Source of the DNA: Micromonas sp.
Taxonomy: Eukaryota
Reading direction: 5' to 3'
Length of the DNA: 32,000 nt
Assembly (NCBI GenBank): GCA_000090985.2
Contig: CP001576.1
Span: forward strand, 1,016,155 to 1,048,154
A program made the translations under genes and the position numbers. Numbering within the stretch: the first letter of the stretch is position 1; every line of letters starts with the position of its first letter. The notes below the pieces were generated by a model, which searched no databases, had not been told where the DNA came from, and saw only the letters and a program-made list of their open reading frames with translations. Shown here one piece after another: positions 8,373 to 17,801 of the stretch.

Positions 8373-10724
8373 TCAGCACATCGCCTTGACGCCCTCCACG
8401 AGGTCCGCGGCGCGCTTCACCATCGCCCGCTCCATCTCCGTCGCGTACGGCACCGGCGCGTCCTCCATGCACAGCCTGGACACCGGCGCGTCGAGCTCGT
8501 CAAACATCGTCTCGGCAACCAAGGCGGACATGGTGGCGCCCACGCCGCCGGAGCGCGTGGACTCGTCGAGGATGCACAGCTTGTGCGTGCGCTGCAGGGA
8601 CGCACGGATGGTGTCGGCGTCGAAGGGCTTGAGGCAGGTGAGCTCGACGAGGTCGCAGTCGTAGCCCTCCGCGTTGAGCTGATCAATGGCGTCCTCAGCC
8701 TCCTTGGTGCCGTGGAGGTAGGTGAGGACGGTGACGGCTTTGCCGGCGTCGATGGCCGCCTGGGACGCGTGCCTGTGCACGGTCGCCTTGTGCAGGGGGA
8801 GGAAGTTGTCCACCTGGCACGGGCCGCGGGTTTTCATGAGCTTCACCGGGAGTAAGAGGACGCCGGGGCTGTTATCGCGGATCATGGACTTGGCCAGACC
8901 GTACGCCTCGTGGGGCTTGGACGCGGTGCAAATCTTGAGACCCGGGATGCCCATGATGTACGCGTGGAACGGCTGGGAGTGCTCGGCGCCGAGGGACTGG
9001 TTCGGGGCGGTGCCGCCGGCGCCGATGATGGTCATCGGCATCTCGAACTGGCCGCCGGTGGTGGCGAAGGTGTTGCCCGCGGAGGACAGCTCCGCGATGC
9101 CGTAGATGCCAAAGTTGGCGTTCATGAGCTCGACGATGGGGCGGTAGCCGTTCATGGCCTCGCCGAGCGCCTTGCCGATGAAGTGGCCCTCGTCGATGAT
9201 CTCGTCCGCGGCGCGTAGGGTGCCGAACGCCTGCTGGGTGTTCGCCGGCACGTTGTAGGAGGAGCCTGCCTGAAGGTCCTCCGCGTGCGCCGTCGTGGTG
9301 GGATCCCTGAGCATCTCCTCGAGGATGGCGAGGTTGACGGCGTCGCCGATGGAGATGCCAGCCTCGCTGCCGGCCATCGCGCGGAGGGCCTCGATGCGCG
9401 CCTTGAGCGCCGTGAGCGTCGCCTCGGGCACGATCCTCTTGGTGATCTCCTCCGCCGCGGCGAGACCCATGACGGGCTCGCGCTTGGAGTAGTCAACCGA
9501 GCCGGTGGGATCCGGGTACTCGAGCTGCGCCGCGAGGTCCTTCGGCGGCGGCGGCGACGCGTTGGCGAACTCGAGCGCCTTGCGTACCTCCTCCCTGGCC
9601 TTGGCGGTGCACGCGGCGAGGTCGACGCGGGCGGCGTCCGCGGATTCCTCGAAGATCTTGATCGGGTCGCACGCCGCCCGCGCCCATCGCTTCTCGTCCT
9701 TGCGGTTGCGCTCGTGCTCGGGATCCGCGGGGGAGTGGCCGTTGAACCTGAACGTGTGCACCTGGAGGATGGCGGGACCCTTGGTGCGAACGTGCTGGAT
9801 GGCGGCGCGGCCGATGCGCATGGTGTCCTGGACGTTTTGGCCGTCGGCGAGGACGCCGGGGATGCCGTAGTGCTTACCCTGGTTGAAAACCTCCTGGTTG
9901 GTGGCGACGTCCTTGGTGAAGGTGTTGATGGCGCGGCCGTTGTCGATGACGACGAAGAGGATGGGGAGGTTCTCCTTGGCGGCGGCGTTGAGGCACTCGG
10001 CCATCCGCCCGTTCTGCGCGCCGCCCTCGCCCACGAACACCACCGCGATGCGATCCTCCGCCTCCCCCGTGCCCAGGTGCTTGTCCAGCGCGATGGACCG
10101 CGCGGCGCCCACGGCGTACGGCAGCTGCTCGGCGACGAGCGCCCACCCGCCCTGGAAGTTGGTCTCCATGTCGTAGATGTGCATGCTCCCGCCCGTGCCG
10201 CGGCACGTGCCGCCGTCGCGGCCGAACAGCTCCGCCATGACGGCGCCCGCGTCGACGCCGCACGCGAGCGCGTGGCAGTGATCGCGGTAGTACGAGTGCT
10301 TCAAGTCCGTCTTGCGGATGGCGTTGCCGAGTAAGGCCGGGATGGACTCCTGGCCGTTGTCGAGGTGCATGAAGCCGCGGATCTTGCCCGCCATGTACGC
10401 CTGGTTGCACTCGTTCTCGAAGTCGCGGCAGAGCTGCATCATGGTGTACGCCTCGGAGATCTCCTCGTCGGAGAGGGCGCCGGCCTCGGCGATCTCGGCG
10501 TCGGACATGCCGAACTCGGACTTGAGCACCGGCTGGGCCTCCTCCCACGGGGTGAGGATGCGGAGGCGCTCGAGGTTGGGCGGGGCCTCGATCGTCTTGG
10601 TCTTGGTGGTGGAGGCGCGGCGAATCACGGAGGAGCGGGACTGCTTCTTGGCGTTGTTAGTGCGCCTGTGGAGGTTGGAGCCCGCCCTGACGGCGGGCAT
10701 CGCGGCGGATGCCGTGGCGGACAT
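8373..10724 (-). CDS. Fused E1 alpha + E1 beta subunit of a ThDP-dependent 2-oxoacid (pyruvate/acetoin-type) dehydrogenase, with an organellar-type presequence
   Basis: A single 783-aa ORF starts at ATG 10724. The alpha part has CRDFENE..YMAGKIRGFMHLDNGQE, YRDHCHALA, GGSMH, the ThDP motif VGEGGAQNG..LPILFVVIDNG, and FRFNGHSPADPE. The beta part has GDAVNLAILEEMLRDP, EGHFIGKALGEAMNGYRPIVELM, GAEHSQPFHAYIMGIPGLKI, and the C-terminal LDESTRSGGVGA..PVPYA. The N-terminus is S/T/A/R/K-rich. Confidence 0.92.
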   Translation of the reverse strand: MSATASAAMPAVRAGSNLHRRTNNAKKQSRSSVIRRASTTKTKTIEAPPNLERLRILTPWEEAQPVLKSEFGMSDAEIAEAGALSDEEISEAYTMMQLCRDFENECNQAYMAGKIRGFMHLDNGQESIPALLGNAIRKTDLKHSYYRDHCHALACGVDAGAVMAELFGRDGGTCRGTGGSMHIYDMETNFQGGWALVAEQLPYAVGAARSIALDKHLGTGEAEDRIAVVFVGEGGAQNGRMAECLNAAAKENLPILFVVIDNGRAINTFTKDVATNQEVFNQGKHYGIPGVLADGQNVQDTMRIGRAAIQHVRTKGPAILQVHTFRFNGHSPADPEHERNRKDEKRWARAACDPIKIFEESADAARVDLAACTAKAREEVRKALEFANASPPPPKDLAAQLEYPDPTGSVDYSKREPVMGLAAAEEITKRIVPEATLTALKARIEALRAMAGSEAGISIGDAVNLAILEEMLRDPTTTAHAEDLQAGSSYNVPANTQQAFGTLRAADEIIDEGHFIGKALGEAMNGYRPIVELMNANFGIYGIAELSSAGNTFATTGGQFEMPMTIIGAGGTAPNQSLGAEHSQPFHAYIMGIPGLKICTASKPHEAYGLAKSMIRDNSPGVLLLPVKLMKTRGPCQVDNFLPLHKATVHRHASQAAIDAGKAVTVLTYLHGTKEAEDAIDQLNAEGYDCDLVELTCLKPFDADTIRASLQRTHKLCILDESTRSGGVGATMSALVAETMFDELDAPVSRLCMEDAPVPYATEMERAMVKRAADLVEGVKAMC

Positions 10725-11347
10725 CTGCTCGATGTGACTGAGGACCTGCGCGGATCGATCGGGCGGGCATCGCGTCGGTCAGCGGATGCGTGGCACGGCG
10801 GGGAGGCGACCGATCGGCGCGCGCGGAAAAATTCACGGAAAAAGAGCGTCCAGGGCCTCACAAACGAGGGGTCGCGCGGGGAGATCGGAAGGCGCGCGCG
10901 TGGACGCCTCGAGGGCGGCGCACGCGCCGCGGTGGACGGCGGATCGATCGGGGGCGAGGGGAAGGATGTCGAGGGACGGCGCTCACCTCGGGTACGAACG
11001 GCTGCGTCCGTGAAAGTGGCACGCGAGGCGCGGGGGGCGGGGCGCCATTTTCGCGAAGCAGAGCCCCGGCCGGCGAAACAGAGGCTGAGAAAACCTGCAG
11101 AAATTCTCAGCCAATCGGAACGCGGGATTTGTGGGCTTTTATCCAACCGACGCAGCAAAAAAAACAGAGGATTCACATCTAACTGTTTGCCCATTCACGG
11201 GATAAATAAATAGCGAAATACGCGCATCCGGACGAGCCGCCTAACTCGTGACGTGTTAAACGAGAGAACGCAGTTTTAGTTTTAGCGTCGCCAAAAATTG
11301 CCAATAAACTCAACTGCGCCGACGCCGCGCCCCCCGCTTGAACGACC

Positions 11348-12034
11348 TCACGTCCTGAGCGACGCGAACGAGTTCGACTCGACGATCCCCCAGCACACCC
11401 ACATCCACCACGCCGGAAACGCGATCCAGATCCCGTTGGCGACGCACACCACAGCCACGTACGCCCCGGACGTGCCCCTGTAATACCCCTGTAATACGTA
11501 GTTGCCAAAGTACAGCAAAGTGCCGTAGAGCATCTGCCAGTTGAACGTCATCCCGAGGGCGCCGATGAACCTCGGGGAGAGGGTGCCGAGCCCGTGCGGG
11601 AGCGCGTCCCACGTGGCGAACCACGAGAGCAGCAGCGTGGGCGCGACGGTGACCACGCCGTTGCCGCTGTCGATCCAAAACCCGAAGGATTTCTGATCGC
11701 TGTAGCTCGGGTCCAGCAGCGAGTAGGTGCTCCATATGACGCTCCAGTACTCGTACGACAGCGCCTGACGTAGGGTGATGTTCTCGAACAGGCAAAGCGG
11801 CGACGGGAAGTTCCTGTCGCCCACCTGCTTCTTGAACCTCAGGTACACCCGCCTGACCTTCGCCCGATGGATGAAGAGCGCGTTCTCCCACAGGCAGATG
11901 AGGAGGTTGACGGCGTTGAACAGCGTCAGCGCGCAGTGGGTGACGCTCACCACGCCGTGGATCTCCCTGTGGTGCCACACGAAGGGTAGCCACGCGGCAC
12001 ACACGAAAGCGCAGGTGTAAAAAAAAGCGAGCAT
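11348..12034 (-). CDS. Multi-pass membrane protein, tentatively EXPERA-domain (EBP/sigma-2-like)
   Basis: Track ORF 11348..12181 opens on GTG; the first ATG is at 12034 (MLAFFYTCAFVCAAW..). It has several hydrophobic helices. There is weak resemblance to EBP motifs (IWSTYSLLDPSYSD vs WKEYAKGDSRY; MLYGTLLYFGNY vs QIYGDVLYFLTE). The functional call is low confidence; the CDS call is good. Confidence 0.6.
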   Translation of the reverse strand: MLAFFYTCAFVCAAWLPFVWHHREIHGVVSVTHCALTLFNAVNLLICLWENALFIHRAKVRRVYLRFKKQVGDRNFPSPLCLFENITLRQALSYEYWSVIWSTYSLLDPSYSDQKSFGFWIDSGNGVVTVAPTLLLSWFATWDALPHGLGTLSPRFIGALGMTFNWQMLYGTLLYFGNYVLQGYYRGTSGAYVAVVCVANGIWIAFPAWWMWVCWGIVESNSFASLRT

Positions 12035-12562
12035 GGCGTCGCGCGCGCGCGCCCGCCGCACTGGCCGGGGCTCCGAGTTTCGGGCGCAACGAACACCTGG
12101 TGCCCACCTCCCGTCACCACCCGACCGAGACTTGGCTGTCTTGTCACGGGGACGATTGGAAGCCGGCCGGTCGAATTTCACCGTCGATTGCTTTCGGGCG
12201 TTTGGGCGCTTGAAAGGGAGACGAATCGGTCGGTTCCCCTCGCTTCACCGCGAAATGACGTGGCCCGACGGTTCAAGCCGTTTTCCGAGAATATCTGCGG
12301 AACTATCTACACGAAGCGCCCCCGCGCCTCCCCACACGCGCGACGCGCACGCGTCTGCGGCGCCGCGGTACTGACTTCCGCGCGATCGCCCCCCGCGCGA
12401 ACGAACACGCCGCACGCCGCCTCTCGCGACCCGCGAACCCCGCCACCCCGCGGCGCGCGCGCTCCACCGCCCGCGGCTCGCCCTCGCCCCGTCGTCGTCG
12501 TCGCCCGGGGAATCCGGTGTTAGCCTTTCAAGATCGCGCTCAACGACGACCCGTTCGCCGCG

Positions 12563-15006
12563 ATGGCGGGCGCTTTCCCTCCCGGGTCGCTCGTCGACCC
12601 CATGTCCCACGACGACGACTACGGCGGCGCCACCGTCGCGACGATCACGTTCGACGACCACGGCGCGTTCGGCGTCGAACTCAAGGCGTCCCAAGGCCGC
12701 GCCGGTTGGAAAACCTCGGGGCTGGATACGTTACTGGCGCCCTCGGCCATCCCCGCCCACGGCGCGCCCTTCGACGCGACGGCGCCGGCGGTGCCCCTCG
12801 CGGACGCCCACGACATCGTCCCCGAGCGGTATCGAATCCGCGACGTCACGCACCACGCCCTCGACGACCTCGAACTCTTCCACCGCGCCGTCGACGGCGA
12901 CGACGACACCTGGGACGTCCTCCTCGGCGCCTTCGAGGAGCACTGCCTGGAGCGAGGACACCGCGCGAATGCGAATGCCGATCTCCTCGACGCCCGTCGC
13001 GACGACGCCGCCGCGGACGACCATCACCCGGACCCCGCGGACCCGACACCCCCACGACGACCGAGGGCGTCCACGTCCAAGAGCACCTCGGGGGATGAAC
13101 GCGTCCGGAGGCCCGAGGAGGCTGAGGGTACCACAGGACAAATGCTCTCCGTCGATCGACGATGCTCCGACGACGACGGGTCCAACGGCTCGACCAATCG
13201 CACCACCGTTCGCCAATCGCCGTCGCACGCGGATCTCGACGAGGCGGTCCGCAGGTGGTCCGTCGGGGAAGGCGACGGCGACGGTGGCAACCGCGGAAGC
13301 CGCGACGGCGGGGGCTGGTACGAGAGTCTCCACCCCGCCGCCGACGCCGACCACCAAACGTACCGTAATACGTTTACGTGCGCCTTCGACGACGACGCCT
13401 ATCCCTTCGCGTGCGCGACCGACCCATCGACGCACCAAGCGACGCGTCGCATCGCCCACGCACCTCTCGAGCACGACGACGACGACGACGACGACGCGAG
13501 CCCGCCCCGGCTGATCGCGACCGCCGGAACTAGCGCGGCGGGGCACGCGTCGCACGTGCTCCGGTCGCTCATCTTCGGCAAAGGCGAGCTCCGGCGCGGG
13601 AAAACCAAAACCGCGGATAGGAGCAAAAAGGTCCGGAGAAAGCCGGCGGGGTGCGGACGCGCCAAGCGGACGCGAAGCGGGTTTTCGGCGAAGGACGCGG
13701 CGAATGACGACGTGAATGGCGTCGGCGTCGGCGTCGCTCGGGGACGTCTCGCGGACGGCGACGACGACGACGACGCGAATGAGGAGGAGGAGGACGCGGC
13801 GGGGACGTTCGCCGCGAGAAATCCGACGCGATGGGTCGCGAGCGAATCCGCCGCCGCCACGTCGGACGCGGTCGACGCTGACGTGTCAGCCGCGATCCAC
13901 GCCGCCACGCAGTCCGGGGCTAAGTCAGGGACGATCGCGGCGATGACGCGCGCGCTGAGCTCGCTCAGGAACGGCATCGCGGATGAGCTCGTCACCCTCT
14001 CGCACACGGAGGTGCGCGTCTCCCGAAACTTTCCAATTTTCTCCTCTTCTCTTTGCCTTCTTCTTCTTCGTTCGTCGGCTGACCCCGCGCGCCCTTTACC
14101 CACCCATCATCTTAACAGGCGAGGACGGTGAGCGCGGCGATGGCCGCGGACGCCCGCGCCGGCCGCGTCAACCACCGCGGCCTCCTCTTCGACGACGCGG
14201 ACACCGCACACTCTTCGGGTCTCTCCGAACCCGGACGATCGATCGAACTCTTCGTCGGGAACTCTTCCTCCGCCGTCGCGCTCCGCTTCCGCGAGTGCCG
14301 CTTCCGCATCCTCCGTCAGTTCAACCGCGACGCGATGCGGTGCCTCGTCGCGCACTGCGGCGTCGACGCCGCTCGCGAGTGGGACACCGGCGACGTCGTC
14401 GACCCCAGAGTGTTCAACGATTCGGAAGGTTCCGTCCTCGAGCGCCCCCCTCGCGCGCCGCTTCGGTTGGACCAAAACTTCCTCCCTCCCGATCATCAGG
14501 GCGCCGGCGAGGAGACCACCGCCGATCGACTGTGCCGGACACACTCGCAGACGCTCACGCAGCTCGCGAGGGACGCGCCGGCATCGCTCAAGGCGTCGTC
14601 CGGCCTTCTCGCTCGCAAGCAACTCCTCCTCGGCGGAAGCGACCTCGGCCGGGAACTCCGAGCGGAGTCGTCGAGCCCGCGCCGGACGAAGAAGAAGGTC
14701 GCCGGATCGAATCCCACGCAACGCTCGCGCGCCAACCTCACCGCGCGGAAGCAGCACAGCGGCGAGGCCACCGAGGTGCTCGAGCGCTGGTTCTGGGACA
14801 ACTTTTACCCCACGGAGCAGCGGCCGAAGCCCGTGCCGACGCGGGAGGAGAAGCGAGCGCTCGCCACCGCCACCGGACTTTCGGAGAGGCAGGTTGCGGA
14901 TTGGTTCGTCAACGCGCGCGCGCGGAAGTGGAAGCCCCGGATGGAGCAGATCATGAGGGAGGTTTGCGGCGAGGTCGGGGAGGAGGGCGTGGAGGGCGGC
15001 GCGTGA
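12563..15006 (+). CDS. TALE-superclass homeodomain transcription factor (2 exons)
   Basis: Exon 1 is 12563..14011 (ATG 12563; donor GAG|GTGCGC). A 107-nt pyrimidine-rich intron runs 14012..14118, with a ggCTGACc branch motif and a ttaacAG acceptor. Exon 2 is 14119..15006. Both junctions are phase 0 and join track ORFs 12563..14131 and 14128..15006. The homeodomain at about 14746-14937 reads EATEVLERWFWDNFYP..EEKRALATATGLSERQVADWFVNARARKWKP. Confidence 0.85.
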
Positions 15007-15173
15007 TGGGATCGCTGCGGACGCCGCGATGTACATAGTCTACACCACCTATTTTTATGATGACTTATTATTTTTTCCAGCGAGGACACGACGCTCGTAA
15101 AGGCTGATCTGGTTCTCGGCGCGCCTCACCTCGTCAGTGTCGGGCACGCGCGCGTCCGACCTCGCGGGTTGGG

Positions 15174-17351
15174 ATGGCGGGGGAGAAGCCGGGGTTCGAG
15201 TGGAACGTCCCGGAGGATCGTGACGCGGACGCGGCGGCGAGAGCCGCGCGGATGGACCCCCCCGCGCCGCGCCCGCCCGAGACTGTGATTCACGAGGGCG
15301 AAGATGCCGCTCGGGTAATCTACGGCGAGGTGTGCGCCATCTGCCGCGACGACGTCACGCGCCGCGGTCGCATCGACGCGTGCGACCACCTCTTCTGTCT
15401 CCCGTGCATCAAGCGATGGGCCAAGATCGAGACCAAGTGCCCGCTGTGCAAGGCGCGCTTCTCGTTCATCCAACCCGAGGATCTGGTCCCTCCGGATCCG
15501 GAGTCGAGGCCCTCCACGCGCGGCGCCCGGGCGGGCGGCCCCCAAAAGGAGCTCAAGCGCATATACCTCCCGCACAGGGACCAGATATACGAGGGCGACG
15601 GCGAGTTACCCGACGGGATGGACATCGAGGAGGTCCTGTGCGGGCGGTGCGGCGACGGCGGCGACGAGGACAAGCTCATGCTCTGCGACGGGTGCGACCA
15701 GGGATACCACTGCTACTGCGTCGGCCTGGACTCCGTGCCGATGGACGAGTGGCGCTGCGCCATCTGCGCCGTCGAGGACGAGGATGACGACGACGGGAAC
15801 GTCACGACGGATCATCTTCATGAAACGGCTGAAGACGAATCGACGCGAAGGGACGAGGCCATGGCTCGTTCGTTGCAGAGAGCCGAGGACGCGGCGGCGG
15901 CGCGAGCGGAACGGGACGAGCTCGTCGCCGCCGCGAGGGAACGGGCGGCGATGCTTCGTAACGCACGGCGTAACGCACGACGGGGGGGGCGTGACGGCGA
16001 GACAGTCGTCCGCGTGCGCACGGTGGGAGCCCATCGCAGGGCGCGCGAGCGACGCGAGGAGGACGAGGAGGACGAGGAGGACGAGGAGGGTTCGCCGGCG
16101 TGGGCGAGCGCTATTCGACCCGCGCGGGGATCGAACCCACGACCGCGTAGACCGCCGCCGGCCGTGCCGTACCGTCCCCCCGGCGAGGACGCTAGGCGCC
16201 GGACGCAGATCGCGCGCGTCGCGGAGCTTCGGCGGCTGTGGGAGCGGTACAGGACGGGCGCAATCGCGTTCGACGGCGGCGACGGTACGGAAGCCCCGAA
16301 CGCATCGAACGACGTAACGCACGGCGTAACGCACGACGTTTACCCACCCGACGACGCGCGACGCCCTTTCGAGACGGGGGTGGACGATTGGGAGCTCGCG
16401 CGAGCCGCGACGGGGCTCCGAGATGGCGCCGATACCGTCCAAACGTTTGAACCGGCGTCGACTCTGACTGCGACCATCGGTGCGGGGGAACCGAGGAGGG
16501 AGCTCAAGCGACCGGCGTCGAGGAGGGAGCGAGGCGCGCCCGTCCCGGCCGTCGGCGCGGGTGTCGCGGGTGTCGCGGGTGCCCGTCCTTCCCCGCCTCC
16601 GCCTCCGACGCGTCCGTCGATTCCCTCTTCGGAGTGGGTGAACCCGCCGCCGCCGCCGGACTCGGTGACTCATCGCCCGGTGACTCATCGCCCGGTTCGA
16701 CGAAGAGTAACGGACGTAAAAGTAACGGCCGCGAGCGGCGGTCGGCTTCCGCCGGGCATCTCGTTCTCGCCGCCCCGCCCACCCGCGTCGACGCGAACGA
16801 AACGCGGCGGATGGTCCGACGATTCCGACGACGAGGAACCGTCGGTACGAAAACGGCTCGAGGGTTCGATTCCCGCCGGCGTCGAATTCCACAAAAAATC
16901 GCTCCCCCCCCGGCTCCCCAGGCACGAGGTCCCCGCCACGTCCTTCGTTCCCCCCGGGGTGGTGAAGCACACCGAGCTATTGTCGGGGAGCGACCCGGCG
17001 GATGCGAAAAGACGAGAGCGAGAGACGGAGTCTGCGGCGATGAATTTCGGCGCAATGGATAAGAAGCGGGTGGCGGCTCGCGCCAGGCACTTCCTCCGCC
17101 CGGCTTGGACCTCGGGTAAAGTCAGAGGCAAGGACACGTTCAAGGAGTACGCGAAACGCGCGACGCAGGCGGGGTTCGCGGCGGCGTGCGCGTTGGCGAT
17201 CAAGACGAGATCGCGGCTGGCGGGGGCGTCGGAGGATGAGGTGCTGGCGGGGGCGGAGGCTCGCGCGCGAGAGATGAGCGCCGCGGTGGACAGGGCGGTG
17301 CGCGCGGCGCTTCGCAAGTTGGGGGTGGAGACGACAGAGGACGACGGGTGA
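15174..17351 (+). CDS. RING finger + PHD finger protein (PHRF1-like architecture)
   Basis: ATG at 15174. The RING is CAICRDDV..CDHLFCLPCIKRWAKIETKCPLC. The PHD is CGRCGDGGDEDKLMLCDGCDQGYHCYCVGLDSVPMDEWRCAIC. The remainder is low-complexity. Confidence 0.9.
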   Translation: MAGEKPGFEWNVPEDRDADAAARAARMDPPAPRPPETVIHEGEDAARVIYGEVCAICRDDVTRRGRIDACDHLFCLPCIKRWAKIETKCPLCKARFSFIQPEDLVPPDPESRPSTRGARAGGPQKELKRIYLPHRDQIYEGDGELPDGMDIEEVLCGRCGDGGDEDKLMLCDGCDQGYHCYCVGLDSVPMDEWRCAICAVEDEDDDDGNVTTDHLHETAEDESTRRDEAMARSLQRAEDAAAARAERDELVAAARERAAMLRNARRNARRGGRDGETVVRVRTVGAHRRARERREEDEEDEEDEEGSPAWASAIRPARGSNPRPRRPPPAVPYRPPGEDARRRTQIARVAELRRLWERYRTGAIAFDGGDGTEAPNASNDVTHGVTHDVYPPDDARRPFETGVDDWELARAATGLRDGADTVQTFEPASTLTATIGAGEPRRELKRPASRRERGAPVPAVGAGVAGVAGARPSPPPPPTRPSIPSSEWVNPPPPPDSVTHRPVTHRPVRRRVTDVKVTAASGGRLPPGISFSPPRPPASTRTKRGGWSDDSDDEEPSVRKRLEGSIPAGVEFHKKSLPPRLPRHEVPATSFVPPGVVKHTELLSGSDPADAKRRERETESAAMNFGAMDKKRVAARARHFLRPAWTSGKVRGKDTFKEYAKRATQAGFAAACALAIKTRSRLAGASEDEVLAGAEARAREMSAAVDRAVRAALRKLGVETTEDDG
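15957..15982 (+). repeat. 26-nt direct repeat, copy A (cgtaacgcacggcgtaacgcacgacg), itself a 12-nt doublet
   Basis: Identical to 16313-16338. Here it is read RNARRNARR. Confidence 0.95.
16313..16338 (+). repeat. 26-nt direct repeat, copy B
   Basis: Identical to 15957-15982. Here it is read in another frame as (D)VTHGVTHD(V). Confidence 0.95.
16665..16694 (+). repeat. 15-nt perfect tandem doublet GTGACTCATCGCCCG x2 inside the RING/PHD CDS
   Basis: Direct reading; translated VTHRPVTHRP. Each unit is 14/15 identical to the RtcA sense-strand unit GTGAGTCATCGCCCG. Confidence 0.95.
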
Positions 17352-17476
17352 CTGGCTCGAGGGGTGGAGTAGCTCGATCAGGTTAGAGGTTGCAACGAGT
17401 GAAGTTCAACTTACGAGAGAAAACGACGGTTCGGTGTCATTGAACGGTGTACGCTACACTCGGAGCGTCGCGCTCG

Positions 17477-17713
17477 GGCTTGATGCCGCGACAATATCCG
17501 CGATGTACACTTACTTTACAGTTTGACTGCCGTCGAATGAACACGGCGAATATTCACTGTAAATGTAAGTGAGTGATGGATCGCGGCATCAGGCCTGAGC
17601 TCGACTCTCGCACCCGCCGCCGGCGGTGGGCCTCGTGAGCCAAACCTCGCTCTTGCTTCCTCATCCGAAGCGACGACAGCTGACGCGCCCGATGAGAAAG
17701 CAAGAGCGAGAGG
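17477..17713. repeat. Cluster of three inverted repeats (stem-loops) in the convergent 3' spacer between the RING/PHD and ankyrin genes
   Basis: IR1: tgatgccgcga (17481-17491) pairs with tcgcggcatca (17581-17591), and cacttactttacagt (17508-17522) pairs with actgtaaatgtaagtg (17556-17571). IR2: cccgccg-ccgg-cggtggg within 17611-17630. IR3: cctcgctcttgcttcctcatc (17645-17665) pairs with gatgagaaagcaagagcgagagg (17691-17713). Confidence 0.85.
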
Positions 17714-17801
17714 TGAACGGTTTCCGTGGATCCGAGCATTTATGATGCATCACACGAGGTCCACAGCCTGCGGCGGGCGTTTCGCGTGCCTCGACCACTT
17801 C

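Noticed and set aside
9285-10334. A 349-aa plus-strand ORF inside the E1 alpha-beta gene. Similar cases are 20507..21985(+) inside the CCD gene, and 24917..25942(-) and 26354..27349(-) inside the receptor gene.
   Set aside because: The reasoning is the same as above. The opposite-strand frame carries complete, collinear family motifs, and these ORFs translate to Arg/Gly/Val/Asp-rich sequence with no motif.
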